From Bacteroidota bacterium (GTDB taxonomy: Bacteria; Bacteroidota; Bacteroidia; Palsa-965), in NCBI GenBank assembly GCA_006218065.1, contig VBWE01000014.1:1618-65617 (forward strand): a stretch of 64,000 nucleotides of DNA, read 5' to 3'. Below, piece after piece: positions 1 through 9,297 of the stretch. Below the pieces are notes generated by a model. That model ran no database searches and had not been told where the DNA came from. It was given only the letters and a program-made list of their open reading frames with translations. The position numbers and the translations under genes are program-made. How positions within the stretch are numbered: position 1 is the first letter of the stretch; each line of letters starts with the position of its first letter.

Positions 1-222
1 GTTACACCGACCAGCGGCGAAGGTTTTTCAAAATTAAGCGAGGCCAGGATTTCTTCGCTGCCTTCCAGTTCGTTTTCCACGAGGGTAATGCACCGGGCCA
101 GCGCCCGGAAGTCGCCGCTGCGGAATTTTTTTATCAGATCGGTTGTGCTCACTTGGTATGGCGAATATACAATCAAATGCCGAATGCCGGATTGCGAATG
201 CCGATCCGATAGCTATCGGACG

Positions 223-1062
223 ATGAAGGACGCAGCATTCCTGCAGAGAAAATTCGGCATTCAGCATTTGAAATTCGTAATTTTGTCCCCTGTGATCCAA
301 CTCTCGGTCGTCATAATCACCTTCAACGAAGAACGCAATATCGGCCGCTGCCTCGATGCGGTGAAAGACATTGCCGATGATATCGTCGTCGTCGATTCTT
401 TTTCCACTGACCGCACGGAAACCATCTGCCGCGAAAAAGGCGCACGTTTTGTGCAGCACGTTTTCGAAGGTCACATCGAGCAGAAAAACTGGGCGATCAC
501 GCAGGCGAAATTTCCGCACGTACTTTCACTCGACGCCGATGAAGCGCCGGATGACGAATTGAAAAAAGCGATTCTCGCGGCAAAAACAAACTGGACGCAC
601 GACGGGTATTCGATGAACCGGCTCACGAATTATTGCGGGCAATGGATCAGGCACTGCGGCTGGTATCCCGATGTCAAGCTGCGTTTGTGGAACAGCCGCA
701 AAGGCCGCTGGGGCGGAGTGAACCCGCACGACAAGTACGAACTGACGGAAAAAGGAGCCACGGAAAAACATCTGCCCGGGAATATCCTGCATTACAGTTA
801 TTATACCGTGGACGAGCATTACAAACAGGCCGATAAATTTGCGGGCATTGCCGCGAAAGCCATGTTTGCGAAAGGAAAAACAATCAGCGTGCCGATGATC
901 TGGGTAAAAACTGTCGCGAAATTCATCCGCAATTATTTCATCATGCTCGGTTTTCTCGACGGCGGAAAAGGCTATACGATCTGCCGGATCACCGCACGCG
1001 AAACGTACCGGAAATACAATATGCTTCGTGACATGCACCGGCAAAAAAGCAGCGCATCATGA
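223..1062 (+). CDS. Family 2 glycosyltransferase, LPS-core/KdtX-like. The ORF frame is open from 88, and alternative starts exist at 184 and 223.
   Basis: The translation has a VVIITFNEERNIGRCLDAV...DSFSTD GT2 signature with the DxD region (SLDADE). It is translationally coupled to the next gene through an ATGA overlap. Confidence 0.8.
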   Translation: MKDAAFLQRKFGIQHLKFVILSPVIQLSVVIITFNEERNIGRCLDAVKDIADDIVVVDSFSTDRTETICREKGARFVQHVFEGHIEQKNWAITQAKFPHVLSLDADEAPDDELKKAILAAKTNWTHDGYSMNRLTNYCGQWIRHCGWYPDVKLRLWNSRKGRWGGVNPHDKYELTEKGATEKHLPGNILHYSYYTVDEHYKQADKFAGIAAKAMFAKGKTISVPMIWVKTVAKFIRNYFIMLGFLDGGKGYTICRITARETYRKYNMLRDMHRQKSSAS

Positions 1063-2195
1063 ATAAACTGCTGCAGCGTTTCCCGGTTCTGAAAGACCTG
1101 AGACTTTGGGCGGTTCTTTTTTTTGTCGTTACGGTCGCCGCATCGCTGCACCGGTATTATCTCGGCAACATCAACAACTTCGAAATTTTCCGGTACTCGT
1201 TTCTCAACCTGCTCGATGGCGTCGATCTCTATACGCTTCACCCCGCGCAGCACGAAGACCTTTTCAAGTACAGTCCGACTTTCGCGCTGTTCATGGCTCC
1301 GTTCAGCTTTCTCCCGGTTGGGCTGGGCATTGTTTTGTGGAACCTGCTGAACGTGTTCGTTCTTTTTTTCGCTGTAAAACGGTTACAGCTTTCCGGCGAA
1401 AAAAAACTGCTGATCCTGCTTTTTTGTTTCATCGAACTGCTCACTTCGATCCAGAGTTCGCAAAGCAACGGGCTGATGGCCGGGCTGATGATCATGGCTT
1501 TCGCGATGATGGAAGAGAAACGTCCCTGGATGGCGGCACTGCTCATCTGCTTCGGATTTTACATTAAAATTTTCGCCGTGGTTGTTGCGGTGCTTTTCCT
1601 TTTCTACGAAAAGAAAGGACAATTCATTCTCGCGATGATCGCCTGGGGAATTTTATTCGCGGTTCTTCCCGCGCTGGTTTCCGGTATCGACGGTTTGATT
1701 ATGCAATACGAAAGCTGGCTGAACCTGCTCGCAAACGATCCTGCGCACGAACTGAACTATTCGGTGATGACCGTCGTGCAGCGCTGGAGCGGGCTGGAAA
1801 TCTCCGATATCTATTACCTCGTGCCGGGCGTGATCCTGCTGCTGCTGCCTTTCCTGCGCAAAAACACATACCGCGATCCCGCTTTCCGTATGCTGATGCT
1901 CGCTTCTGTTTTGATCTGGGTGGTCATCTTCAATCACAAAGCGGAATCCCCGACCTACGCCATCGCCATGTGCGGCGCGGGCATCTGGCTGGTCCTGCAG
2001 GAAAAAACGAAATGGACGATTGCATTCGCCGTTTTTGTTTTCGTATTCACCGGCCTGATCGCAACCGATCTTTTCCCCGCATCCTGGCGAAGCGATTTCT
2101 TCCGCCCTTACGCGATCAAAGCCGTGCCCTGTATTTTGCTTTGGTTGTATGTACAGTATTTACTACTTACAGTCCGTACAAAAGAGAATACGTAA
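1059..2195 (+). CDS. Polytopic membrane protein, GT87/DUF2029-like integral-membrane glycosyltransferase.
   Basis: The 378 aa product has about 10 predicted TM helices. It overlaps the upstream GT2 gene by 4 bp, which indicates an operon. Confidence 0.6.
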   Translation: MNKLLQRFPVLKDLRLWAVLFFVVTVAASLHRYYLGNINNFEIFRYSFLNLLDGVDLYTLHPAQHEDLFKYSPTFALFMAPFSFLPVGLGIVLWNLLNVFVLFFAVKRLQLSGEKKLLILLFCFIELLTSIQSSQSNGLMAGLMIMAFAMMEEKRPWMAALLICFGFYIKIFAVVVAVLFLFYEKKGQFILAMIAWGILFAVLPALVSGIDGLIMQYESWLNLLANDPAHELNYSVMTVVQRWSGLEISDIYYLVPGVILLLLPFLRKNTYRDPAFRMLMLASVLIWVVIFNHKAESPTYAIAMCGAGIWLVLQEKTKWTIAFAVFVFVFTGLIATDLFPASWRSDFFRPYAIKAVPCILLWLYVQYLLLTVRTKENT

Positions 2196-2380
2196 AAAGT
2201 CTTCGCCGGAAAACGTAATGAATCACAGGAACAGTACCTGGCGATTGCGCAGCAGAGTATCCCCTAAAGTAACTTCAAAAAATAAACGGAAAAGTAAACG
2301 GAAAAGTAAGCCGGAAAAGTAAACAGCCGAACCAATTCCCCTCTCTGCCGGAGAGGGGTTGGGGTGAGGCCCGACCTCAA

Positions 2381-4654
2381 TCAATCCACCTTCTCCAGCT
2401 TAATCGTCGTTTTCGTTTCGCCGGCAGTCAGCTCCAGGTAATATAAACCGTTTTCAAAAACAGAAAGATCGATCGCCGTTTGCAGCGTTCCGGAAACGAT
2501 GCCGAAACCGGAGCTCCGGATTTTCCTGCCGGTAACATCAAACACGTTCGCCATTACTGCCGATTTATTCAAACCGGAAACCTGCAGGTTGTAAATTCCG
2601 TTCCCGGGATTCGGGTACACGCTGAACGTCGCGGTGGAATTTTGTTCTGCAACTGCGCTCGGATCGGTAATACTGATCGCGTCGATGGCCATGTCGCTGG
2701 CGTAACCGTTACCGGTGACACCGCGGAAACGGAGCGTAATGATCTGCCCCGCGTATGTGCTCAGCGGAACCTGTACCTGCGTCCACTGGTTTCCCTGGTC
2801 GCCGGTCATGGAGAAAATACCGTTGGTCCAACTGCCGCCCGAATATACGTCCACGTACAGATCGCCCATGTTTCCGCCGTACATGTGGTACGCAAACGAA
2901 AGTACCGCTGCCGGGAAATTAACCAGGTCGATGCAGGGTGTGTACAGCAGTGCCGTTTTCCCGTCGCAGCCGCCGGAAGCTTCCAGGTACAGGTAATTAC
3001 CGGTCGTGCTTCCCGGCAGAAAATCTGTGCCGGGGCCTGTTTGCGTGGAGGGCGTGCTGCCTTCGCTCGTGCGCCAGTCGATATCGTCCTGCTCGTTGTT
3101 GGCGAGGTTCGTCAGCCCGTTGATCATTCCGCAGACAGTACTGTCGCAGTTGCTCGTTGTTCCGCAAAGCGCGAAGGATTCGAAATCTTCCGTCCACGGC
3201 GGAGTAACAGCCGGGAAAGTAGAAATATTCACAATAGCGGAACTCGTATCGTTCACGACATTTCCGTCGGAAGGATACACCGCCCAGGCTTTGATCGTAT
3301 TGATTCCCGGCGTGCTCACGTTCACCGTTGCCGTGAACGTATAGGTTGCGGAACCGAACGGCTGAATTGTGCCGATATAGGTTTCGCTTACCGGGGTTCC
3401 GTTATTCAGACTATAGTATACCGGGATGTTGGTGATCGCCGTAAGTCCCGGGTTATCGAGCCCGATGGAAACCTGCAGTGCGGAAGTGCTCATGCAACTG
3501 TTAAAATTTCCTCCCGGCGAATTCACAACCGATACGGCTGCATCAACCTGTACGGGGCAAGCCGCGCCCGGAAGTTTTTCAATCGCGATCGCTCTTCTGC
3601 CGATGGCGTTCTGCGCGCCTTTCGCACGCACGCTGAACCAGTATGTATTCGTCAGGTTGTTCAGGTTGTACACCACGAAACTGTCGGCGACAGTAGTGCC
3701 GATGGAATCCATGTACGTATTGCCGAGCATGAAAATATCGTAGGCGGTTGCGCCGCCCACGGCATTCCACGTCAGCATGAGCGAATCGGGACAGGCCCAT
3801 TGTACGCTAATATTCGCCGGAACGTCGATGATGGAAAAGTTCGCATCACTCACATCGTTATCGGCTCCGCGGGTAACCCGGACTTTGCACATGCCGCTCA
3901 GGGCCACGGGAACAGTCCAGTTGTAATAACGCTGCGTGGCGGAAACTCCTGACGTGATTGTGCTCCAGCTCGAGCCGCCGTCGGTACTGTAATCGAGTGA
4001 AAAATTGCCGGAGTTTCCGAAAGCATCCCAGCGGATCGTTTCCGTTTCGGCCGGGACAAAGCCTTCCGAACCGTTCGGATAAATCATCACTAATTCAGTG
4101 GCCGGTTCGAAATACCAGGCGAGGAAATATTTCTGCGGTCCCTGCGGAACAGCAGTACCGCTGACACTTACCGTATAATTTCCCGCTGCCGGGTTGTCGA
4201 TGGTTACCTGTTCGTGGTTGTTTCGCATGTCGATTCCGCGAACGGCATTTGCGTTCAGGTTCGAACTGTTCGGAGTAAAATCGAGTATCCAGGGATTAAA
4301 CACGGCGCTCGACGGATCGGTTACGGCGATGTCGAGATTATTTACAAGTGCAACGGACGCATTTACCGCCGCGGGATAATCGTGCCAGTACACCAGGACT
4401 TTCAAACGCCCGGTGCCTGCGGGAACGGTGATCGTATGCATATTCACGGTACTGTTCTGCACGGAATCCACCGCGAATGTATTCTGTTCGATGGGCAGGA
4501 TCGCTTTTCTTCCGTTGATGCGCCCGTAGCCGAAAATAAAATCAGGGCCAGGATTGCCGAGATCGTCGGCGGTATTCATCAGGATGGCTTTCATCAGGCC
4601 GGATGGCGGGTTGATATTTCCGTTCAGTGTTTTGTACGCGTGGTACATTTTCAT
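2381..4654 (-). CDS. C-terminal continuation of the S8 subtilase: a post-catalytic domain, a Fn3/PKD-like region, a MAM domain and a T9SS type A C-terminal sorting domain.
   Basis: The translation has ...LMNTADDLG...GYGRINGRKAI, the end of a subtilase domain. It has a MAM-like block (DIDWRTSEGST...YLYLEAS...LSFAYHMYG..MGDLYVDV). The C-terminal ...FSVYPNPGNGIYNLQV...GLYYLELT...KLEKVD is a Por-secretion tail. The junction lies in a different frame from the upstream ORF. Confidence 0.75.
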   Translation of the reverse strand: MKMYHAYKTLNGNINPPSGLMKAILMNTADDLGNPGPDFIFGYGRINGRKAILPIEQNTFAVDSVQNSTVNMHTITVPAGTGRLKVLVYWHDYPAAVNASVALVNNLDIAVTDPSSAVFNPWILDFTPNSSNLNANAVRGIDMRNNHEQVTIDNPAAGNYTVSVSGTAVPQGPQKYFLAWYFEPATELVMIYPNGSEGFVPAETETIRWDAFGNSGNFSLDYSTDGGSSWSTITSGVSATQRYYNWTVPVALSGMCKVRVTRGADNDVSDANFSIIDVPANISVQWACPDSLMLTWNAVGGATAYDIFMLGNTYMDSIGTTVADSFVVYNLNNLTNTYWFSVRAKGAQNAIGRRAIAIEKLPGAACPVQVDAAVSVVNSPGGNFNSCMSTSALQVSIGLDNPGLTAITNIPVYYSLNNGTPVSETYIGTIQPFGSATYTFTATVNVSTPGINTIKAWAVYPSDGNVVNDTSSAIVNISTFPAVTPPWTEDFESFALCGTTSNCDSTVCGMINGLTNLANNEQDDIDWRTSEGSTPSTQTGPGTDFLPGSTTGNYLYLEASGGCDGKTALLYTPCIDLVNFPAAVLSFAYHMYGGNMGDLYVDVYSGGSWTNGIFSMTGDQGNQWTQVQVPLSTYAGQIITLRFRGVTGNGYASDMAIDAISITDPSAVAEQNSTATFSVYPNPGNGIYNLQVSGLNKSAVMANVFDVTGRKIRSSGFGIVSGTLQTAIDLSVFENGLYYLELTAGETKTTIKLEKVD

Positions 4655-5948
4655 CTACGGTAGAATACACGTTGGTGCCCACTGCACACACTTCCGGTTT
4701 CATGCGTCCGTCGTGCACCGGCCCGCGGCTGGACGAGGAAGCGATCGCGTCGATATAATCGAGATTCCCGACCGCGATCGAATTCTTGGAATGTTTATGT
4801 CCGCCGGTCACATTGCCCCAGCCCGATCCCGCACCGTAGCTGCAATCCGATGTGCCTGCATTTCCGGCAGAAAAAACATGGATCAGGTTGGGCATATCGT
4901 AAATCTGCTGATCGAGCGTTTGCGCGAGCGTGGTATAACCTGCATTGCAGCCATCGCTGTAACTGGTGGACGTGATCACGATATTGTTACTGTTGTAATG
5001 GCTGTAGATACTATCGAATCCCTGGTACGGCGACGCTTCATATACGTACAGGTTTGCGCCCCAGCCCATGCCGCGCGTCAGCGGGTCCCTGTTTCCGCCG
5101 CCCATGATGATGCCCGCACAATGATCGCCGTGATTGCCGGCGTTGAACGTAACATATTGCTGCTGCAAACGCCCGGTGTAATCGATATGCGGCCCGATCA
5201 GGCCGTCGTCCTGCAGCATCACATTCACGCCGCTTCCGTTGTAATATCTTCCGCCGGAATGATCCTGCGCCATCCAGTTGTCGCGGTGATTCGTACGGCC
5301 CACATTATTATCGTGTACCGGCTGATCGTCTTTCAGTTCGGCCGCGCAGACAAAAGACTGGCCGACAAAAGCGGGAATATTTTCGCCGCGGATCCATACG
5401 GTTATCCTGTGGCTGTTTTTATTCTGGTAGCTGATTTCCGTTTTGGCTGCAGTCAGCAGATCGATCACGACCTGGTGCGGAATGTCTTCATAATACGTAA
5501 ACGTGATGCCGATACTTCCGCTGCTGTTCGCGGCAAACGCGGGAAAAGAACTTTGTGCAATGGCATCCGAAAGTTCACGGTGCATTTTATAAATGGGCTC
5601 GATCGTATAGAACCCGAGAATATCGTTCTTCCTTTCCCCGAGCATGCCGGCATCGGCCGCGACAGACGCGGCATACGTATTGGCCGCGATGTAATGCAAA
5701 AGGCGGATGCCGGATTTTTCGAGCGCAGTCCTGTTTTCTTTGGAAGGCAGTTTGGCAAAACGGATGTACCGGTAATAACGGTTGTTCACCAGTTCAGCGG
5801 GACCTGCTTTCATATTTTTCAGCGGATCGGCGGAGACTTCCATGCGTACGGTTCCCGATGAAAACGGTAATTCAAAAACCGGCGTTTGCTGCGCATGAAG
5901 AAAAGAAACTGCCGAAAGACAGCAGAAAGAGAGGATGAGTTTTTTCAT
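4542..5948 (-). CDS. Subtilase (peptidase S8), N-terminal part: signal peptide, I9-like propeptide, and the Asp/His/Asn catalytic regions. It is frame-disrupted at its 3' end.
   Basis: MKKLILSFCCLSAVSFLHAQQ is a signal peptide. VMLQDDGL is the Asp region, HGDHCAGII the His motif, FSAGNAG the oxyanion Asn, and SSRGP..DGR.KPEV.AVG a subtilase signature. The ORF then runs into out-of-frame junk and overlaps the next ORF by 113 bp. Confidence 0.75.
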   Translation of the reverse strand: MKKLILSFCCLSAVSFLHAQQTPVFELPFSSGTVRMEVSADPLKNMKAGPAELVNNRYYRYIRFAKLPSKENRTALEKSGIRLLHYIAANTYAASVAADAGMLGERKNDILGFYTIEPIYKMHRELSDAIAQSSFPAFAANSSGSIGITFTYYEDIPHQVVIDLLTAAKTEISYQNKNSHRITVWIRGENIPAFVGQSFVCAAELKDDQPVHDNNVGRTNHRDNWMAQDHSGGRYYNGSGVNVMLQDDGLIGPHIDYTGRLQQQYVTFNAGNHGDHCAGIIMGGGNRDPLTRGMGWGANLYVYEASPYQGFDSIYSHYNSNNIVITSTSYSDGCNAGYTTLAQTLDQQIYDMPNLIHVFSAGNAGTSDCSYGAGSGWGNVTGGHKHSKNSIAVGNLDYIDAIASSSSRGPVHDGRMKPEVCAVGTNVYSTVDENVPRVQNTERKYQPAIRPDESHPDEYRRRSRQSWP

Positions 5949-6175
5949 GGTGGAATTATGAAGCAACAAGGTAGTCATTTCTGATTTGCGATTGCCGATT
6001 TTGGATTGGCGATTTGCAGCACTTTTTAGCGTCCTGGCGGTAAAAGCCGGATTACAATCTTTACCGCGAAGGCGCAAAGACGCTAACGTTTACTTTCAAT
6101 CCAAAACCGGCAATCGGAAATGGTATTTACTCCGAAAGCACAAAAACTTCCTGGAAACAGTTACGCTGAGGATTT

Positions 6176-7144
6176 TTAAAACTTCGCTGAAAATCCTATT
6201 CCGAAAACTTCCTTGAACTGCACGCGCGGACCGGTACCGTCGTTGATGCCGTCGTCGTTGCGGTCGACGGGAACAGCTACATCCTGGTCGTAGATCAGTT
6301 GTGTGCTTATGCCGGCGGAAATGAATTTGTTCACTTTCATCGACACCAGGTTTTCCCAGTTTACGTCGATGATTGCCGGGTTGAAGGCGTAGTTGCTGAA
6401 CAATTCGAGTTTGCTCTGCAGGTTTACGTTTTTCATGATGTCTTTGCGCAGCGTGGCTTTGAAATAGCCGCCGATTTCGAAACGGAAATTTTCTCCGTCT
6501 TTGATTTTATTTCCCTGCGCATCGCGGATCGCTTTGGTAACTCCGAAAGCGCCGGCGTCGGCCAGCGTGGGAGCCATCACCATTGTCATCTTGCAGGTTA
6601 TGGGCGAAAGCATCATGGAAAAACCGGCGTTCGGTTTATAATCGAGACCGGCCGCAAGCAGCCCGTATGCCGGCGAAGCGAAATCCGAAATCCAACTGGA
6701 CGATCCGTCGGAAGAATACGAAAACCCGGGCGCAAACTGCGATTTGAAACCGAGCAGTGCGGAATAATAGTACACCTTCTTAAAAGCGTAATGACCGTAC
6801 TTGGATGAAAAGTCGATTTTATCGTCGCTCTTCCGCAGGGTCTGGCTTCCCTGCTGCACCAGGCCGTAAGCCAGGTCGAGCGTATTGTCCCAGGTCGTAT
6901 GTTCTTTTTTATAGTTCGCGTAAAGCGACAGGTAATTGGTAATGGCGATGGAATTTTCACCGCCGCTCGCCCAGTTCGTAAGCGAGGTCTGTGAAAAATT
7001 AAGCCCGGCCACGCCTCCTCTTTTCCAGCCCGTGGTGTCTTTAGGTGCCGTCTTGGCCGTGTCTTTCGCTGCGGTTTTCGTGCTGTCCTGCGCCTGCATG
7101 CTGAAGGGCAGCAGGAGCAGGATCGTGTAAATAAAATGTTTCAT
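6176..7144 (-). CDS. Outer-membrane beta-barrel-type protein, DUF3078-like.
   Basis: The product has a signal peptide MKHFIYTILLLLPFSMQAQ, alternating amphipathic beta-strand sequence and a C-terminal aromatic residue (F). Confidence 0.55.
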   Translation of the reverse strand: MKHFIYTILLLLPFSMQAQDSTKTAAKDTAKTAPKDTTGWKRGGVAGLNFSQTSLTNWASGGENSIAITNYLSLYANYKKEHTTWDNTLDLAYGLVQQGSQTLRKSDDKIDFSSKYGHYAFKKVYYYSALLGFKSQFAPGFSYSSDGSSSWISDFASPAYGLLAAGLDYKPNAGFSMMLSPITCKMTMVMAPTLADAGAFGVTKAIRDAQGNKIKDGENFRFEIGGYFKATLRKDIMKNVNLQSKLELFSNYAFNPAIIDVNWENLVSMKVNKFISAGISTQLIYDQDVAVPVDRNDDGINDGTGPRVQFKEVFGIGFSAKF

Positions 7145-7232
7145 GCCGGTGCGTATGTTAAGCGTGTCTGTTCACGAAAAAGCACCGGGCTTTCTTTGGA
7201 GAATCTTCCGGTGCTTTCTGCGGAGGTTTGAA

Positions 7233-7679
7233 TTATTTGTTTTTGAGAATGTCGCGTATTTCGGTGAGCAGTAATTCTTCCTTGCTGGGCGGCGGTGGTG
7301 TTGCCGGGGCGGCTTCTTCTTTGCGCTTCAAACGGTTCATCATTTTTATCACCATGAAAACAACAAATGCCACGATCAGGAAATCGATGAGCATGGTAAG
7401 GAAATTACCGTAGGCGATAACAGGTCCGATTTTTTTCGCTTCTGCAAGTGAAAGATTTCCTCCTGCTGCCTTTTGTACCAGGTCGACTTTGGGACTGATG
7501 CTGTAGTACAGTTCGCTGAAGTTCATGTTCCCCATCAGTTTGCCGATTGGGGGCATGACGATTCCGTCGATGAATGCGCTGACAAGTTTGGTGAATGCCG
7601 TTCCGATCACTACACCGACAGCCATGTCGATGAGGTTGCCTTTCAGTGCGAATTCTTTGAATTCCTTGATGAATCCCAT
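7233..7679 (-). CDS. mscL: Large-conductance mechanosensitive channel.
   Basis: The translation begins MGFIKEFKEFALKGNLIDMAVGVVIGTAF...IDGIVMPPIG, the canonical MscL N-terminus and TM1. Confidence 0.9.
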   Translation of the reverse strand: MGFIKEFKEFALKGNLIDMAVGVVIGTAFTKLVSAFIDGIVMPPIGKLMGNMNFSELYYSISPKVDLVQKAAGGNLSLAEAKKIGPVIAYGNFLTMLIDFLIVAFVVFMVIKMMNRLKRKEEAAPATPPPPSKEELLLTEIRDILKNK

Positions 7680-7725
7680 GGCTTGATTTTTAAAGAGCGC
7701 TGCAAAGATAGTTTGTAATCAGCAT

Positions 7726-8508
7726 TTACAAAGAGCCCGTTCTTCCGCCATCCACAGGCACGTTGATGCCGTTGATGTATGCGGCTGCAGGTGTGGCGAG
7801 GAATGCGATGGCTGCGGCGACTTCCTCCGGTGAAGCAAAACGTGCGGCGGGAATTTCGGTGAGCATTTCTTTTTCCAGCGCTTCGATGGAATGCCCCGTT
7901 TTTTGTGACTTCGCTTCCAGCAGGCTGTCGAGGCGCTGTGTTTTGGTGGCGCCCGGCAATACATTATTTACCGTGATGCCGAAAGGCGCGAGTTCGAGCG
8001 ACAATGTTTTGGACCAGTTGGCCACGGCCGCGCGGATCGTGTTCGAAACGCCGAGTCCTTTGAGCGGCTGCTTGACCGAAGTGGAGATCACGTTGATGAT
8101 GCGGCCGTATTTTTCCTGCTTCATGCCTGCAATTACAGTTTGTACCAGGATATGGTTGCAAAGCAGGTGGTTCGAGAAGGCCTGGACAAATTCATCCGGT
8201 TTCGCTTCGGTGATCGGTCCGCCGGGAGGTCCGCCGGTATTGTTCACCAGGATATGCACTGCGCCGTGACCGAAAAGGTGTTTCTGAATTTTTTCACGAA
8301 GCTGGTCCGGGTTTGTAAAATCGATGCACAGGTATTCGTGCTGTCCCGGCCCGGGCAGGGATTCTTTGGCGCTTTTCAGGCGGCCTTCGTTGCGGGCTAC
8401 CAGCGTAACCGATGCGCCGAGTGCAGCGAGTTCCATGGCGGCAGCTTTGCCGATGCCCTGCGAGCTTCCGCAAACCAGCGCGCGTTTTCCTTCGAGATTC
8501 AGGTTCAT
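7726..8508 (-). CDS. SDR-family oxidoreductase, 3-oxoacyl-ACP-reductase-like.
   Basis: GKRALVCGSSQGIGKAAA is the NAD(P) Rossmann TGxxxGxG motif. The ORF frame extends to 8583, but the Met at 8508 gives a canonical SDR N-terminus. Confidence 0.8.
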   Translation of the reverse strand: MNLNLEGKRALVCGSSQGIGKAAAMELAALGASVTLVARNEGRLKSAKESLPGPGQHEYLCIDFTNPDQLREKIQKHLFGHGAVHILVNNTGGPPGGPITEAKPDEFVQAFSNHLLCNHILVQTVIAGMKQEKYGRIINVISTSVKQPLKGLGVSNTIRAAVANWSKTLSLELAPFGITVNNVLPGATKTQRLDSLLEAKSQKTGHSIEALEKEMLTEIPAARFASPEEVAAAIAFLATPAAAYINGINVPVDGGRTGSL

Positions 8509-8757
8509 AGTGCGAAGATATTCTATTGGCAACGAATTACGAATTTGTACGAATCTTACGTCGGGGAACTTTACCTTCTGCACCCCGGGCTTTTTGCCGC
8601 AGATTACACAGATTTGCGCAGATTAATCAGCGATAATCTGCGGCTGAATCAACTGAAAAAATAAGAATGAAATTGCCCTGATTTTACCTTGGGAATGACG
8701 TATCGCATATAACCGGCGAATCAACTATCTTCGTGGAACCAAATAACCTTTATAACG

Positions 8758-9282
8758 ATGAGTATTACACGCCCTTTCAGCTTCAAAAAATGGATCGACG
8801 AAAACCGGCACCTGTTGAAGCCGCCGGTGAACAATAAAGTCGTTTATAAAGACGCCGAATTTATCGTGATGGTGGTCGGTGGTCCAAACTCGCGTAAAGA
8901 CTACCATTATAACGAGAGCGAAGAGTTTTTTTACCAGCTGGAAGGCGATGTTACGGTTAAGATCCAGGAAGACGGTAAAGCAGTGGAAGTGCCGATCAAA
9001 GAAGGCGAAATTTTCCTGCTTCCGCCTAAAGTGCCGCACAACCCGGGCCGCGGGGCGAATACCATCGGCCTGGTGATGGAACGCCGTCGCCGCGAAAATG
9101 AAAAAGACGGCCTGCTCTGGTTCTGTGAAAAATGCAACAGCAAACTGTACGAAGAATATTTCCAGCTCACCGATATTGCCATGCAGTTCCAGGGCGTTTT
9201 TGCAAAATTTTATGGAAATGCCGACCTGCGTACCTGCAAAAATTGCGGACACGTGATGGAACCGCCGCCGGTTATTGCATAA
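8758..9282 (+). CDS. 3-hydroxyanthranilate 3,4-dioxygenase (kynurenine pathway, cupin fold).
   Basis: The 174 aa product has very high similarity to known HAAO sequences (…VMVVGGPN.R.DYH.NE.EE.FYQLEGD…LLPPKVPH.P.R) and the C-terminal rubredoxin-like Cys pairs CEKC…CKNC. Confidence 0.85.
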   Translation: MSITRPFSFKKWIDENRHLLKPPVNNKVVYKDAEFIVMVVGGPNSRKDYHYNESEEFFYQLEGDVTVKIQEDGKAVEVPIKEGEIFLLPPKVPHNPGRGANTIGLVMERRRRENEKDGLLWFCEKCNSKLYEEYFQLTDIAMQFQGVFAKFYGNADLRTCKNCGHVMEPPPVIA

Positions 9283-9297
9283 TCGCTCAACCTCGAT

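Noticed and set aside
2288-2326. Three 12 bp tandem repeats (CGGAAAAGTAAA) as a phase-variation site
   Set aside because: They lie downstream of the subtilase stop in non-coding DNA. Their length is a multiple of 3. They are more likely part of the terminator region.
8140-8664. 174 aa ORF overlapping the SDR gene on the opposite strand
   Set aside because: It is antisense to a well-supported SDR gene and has no motifs.
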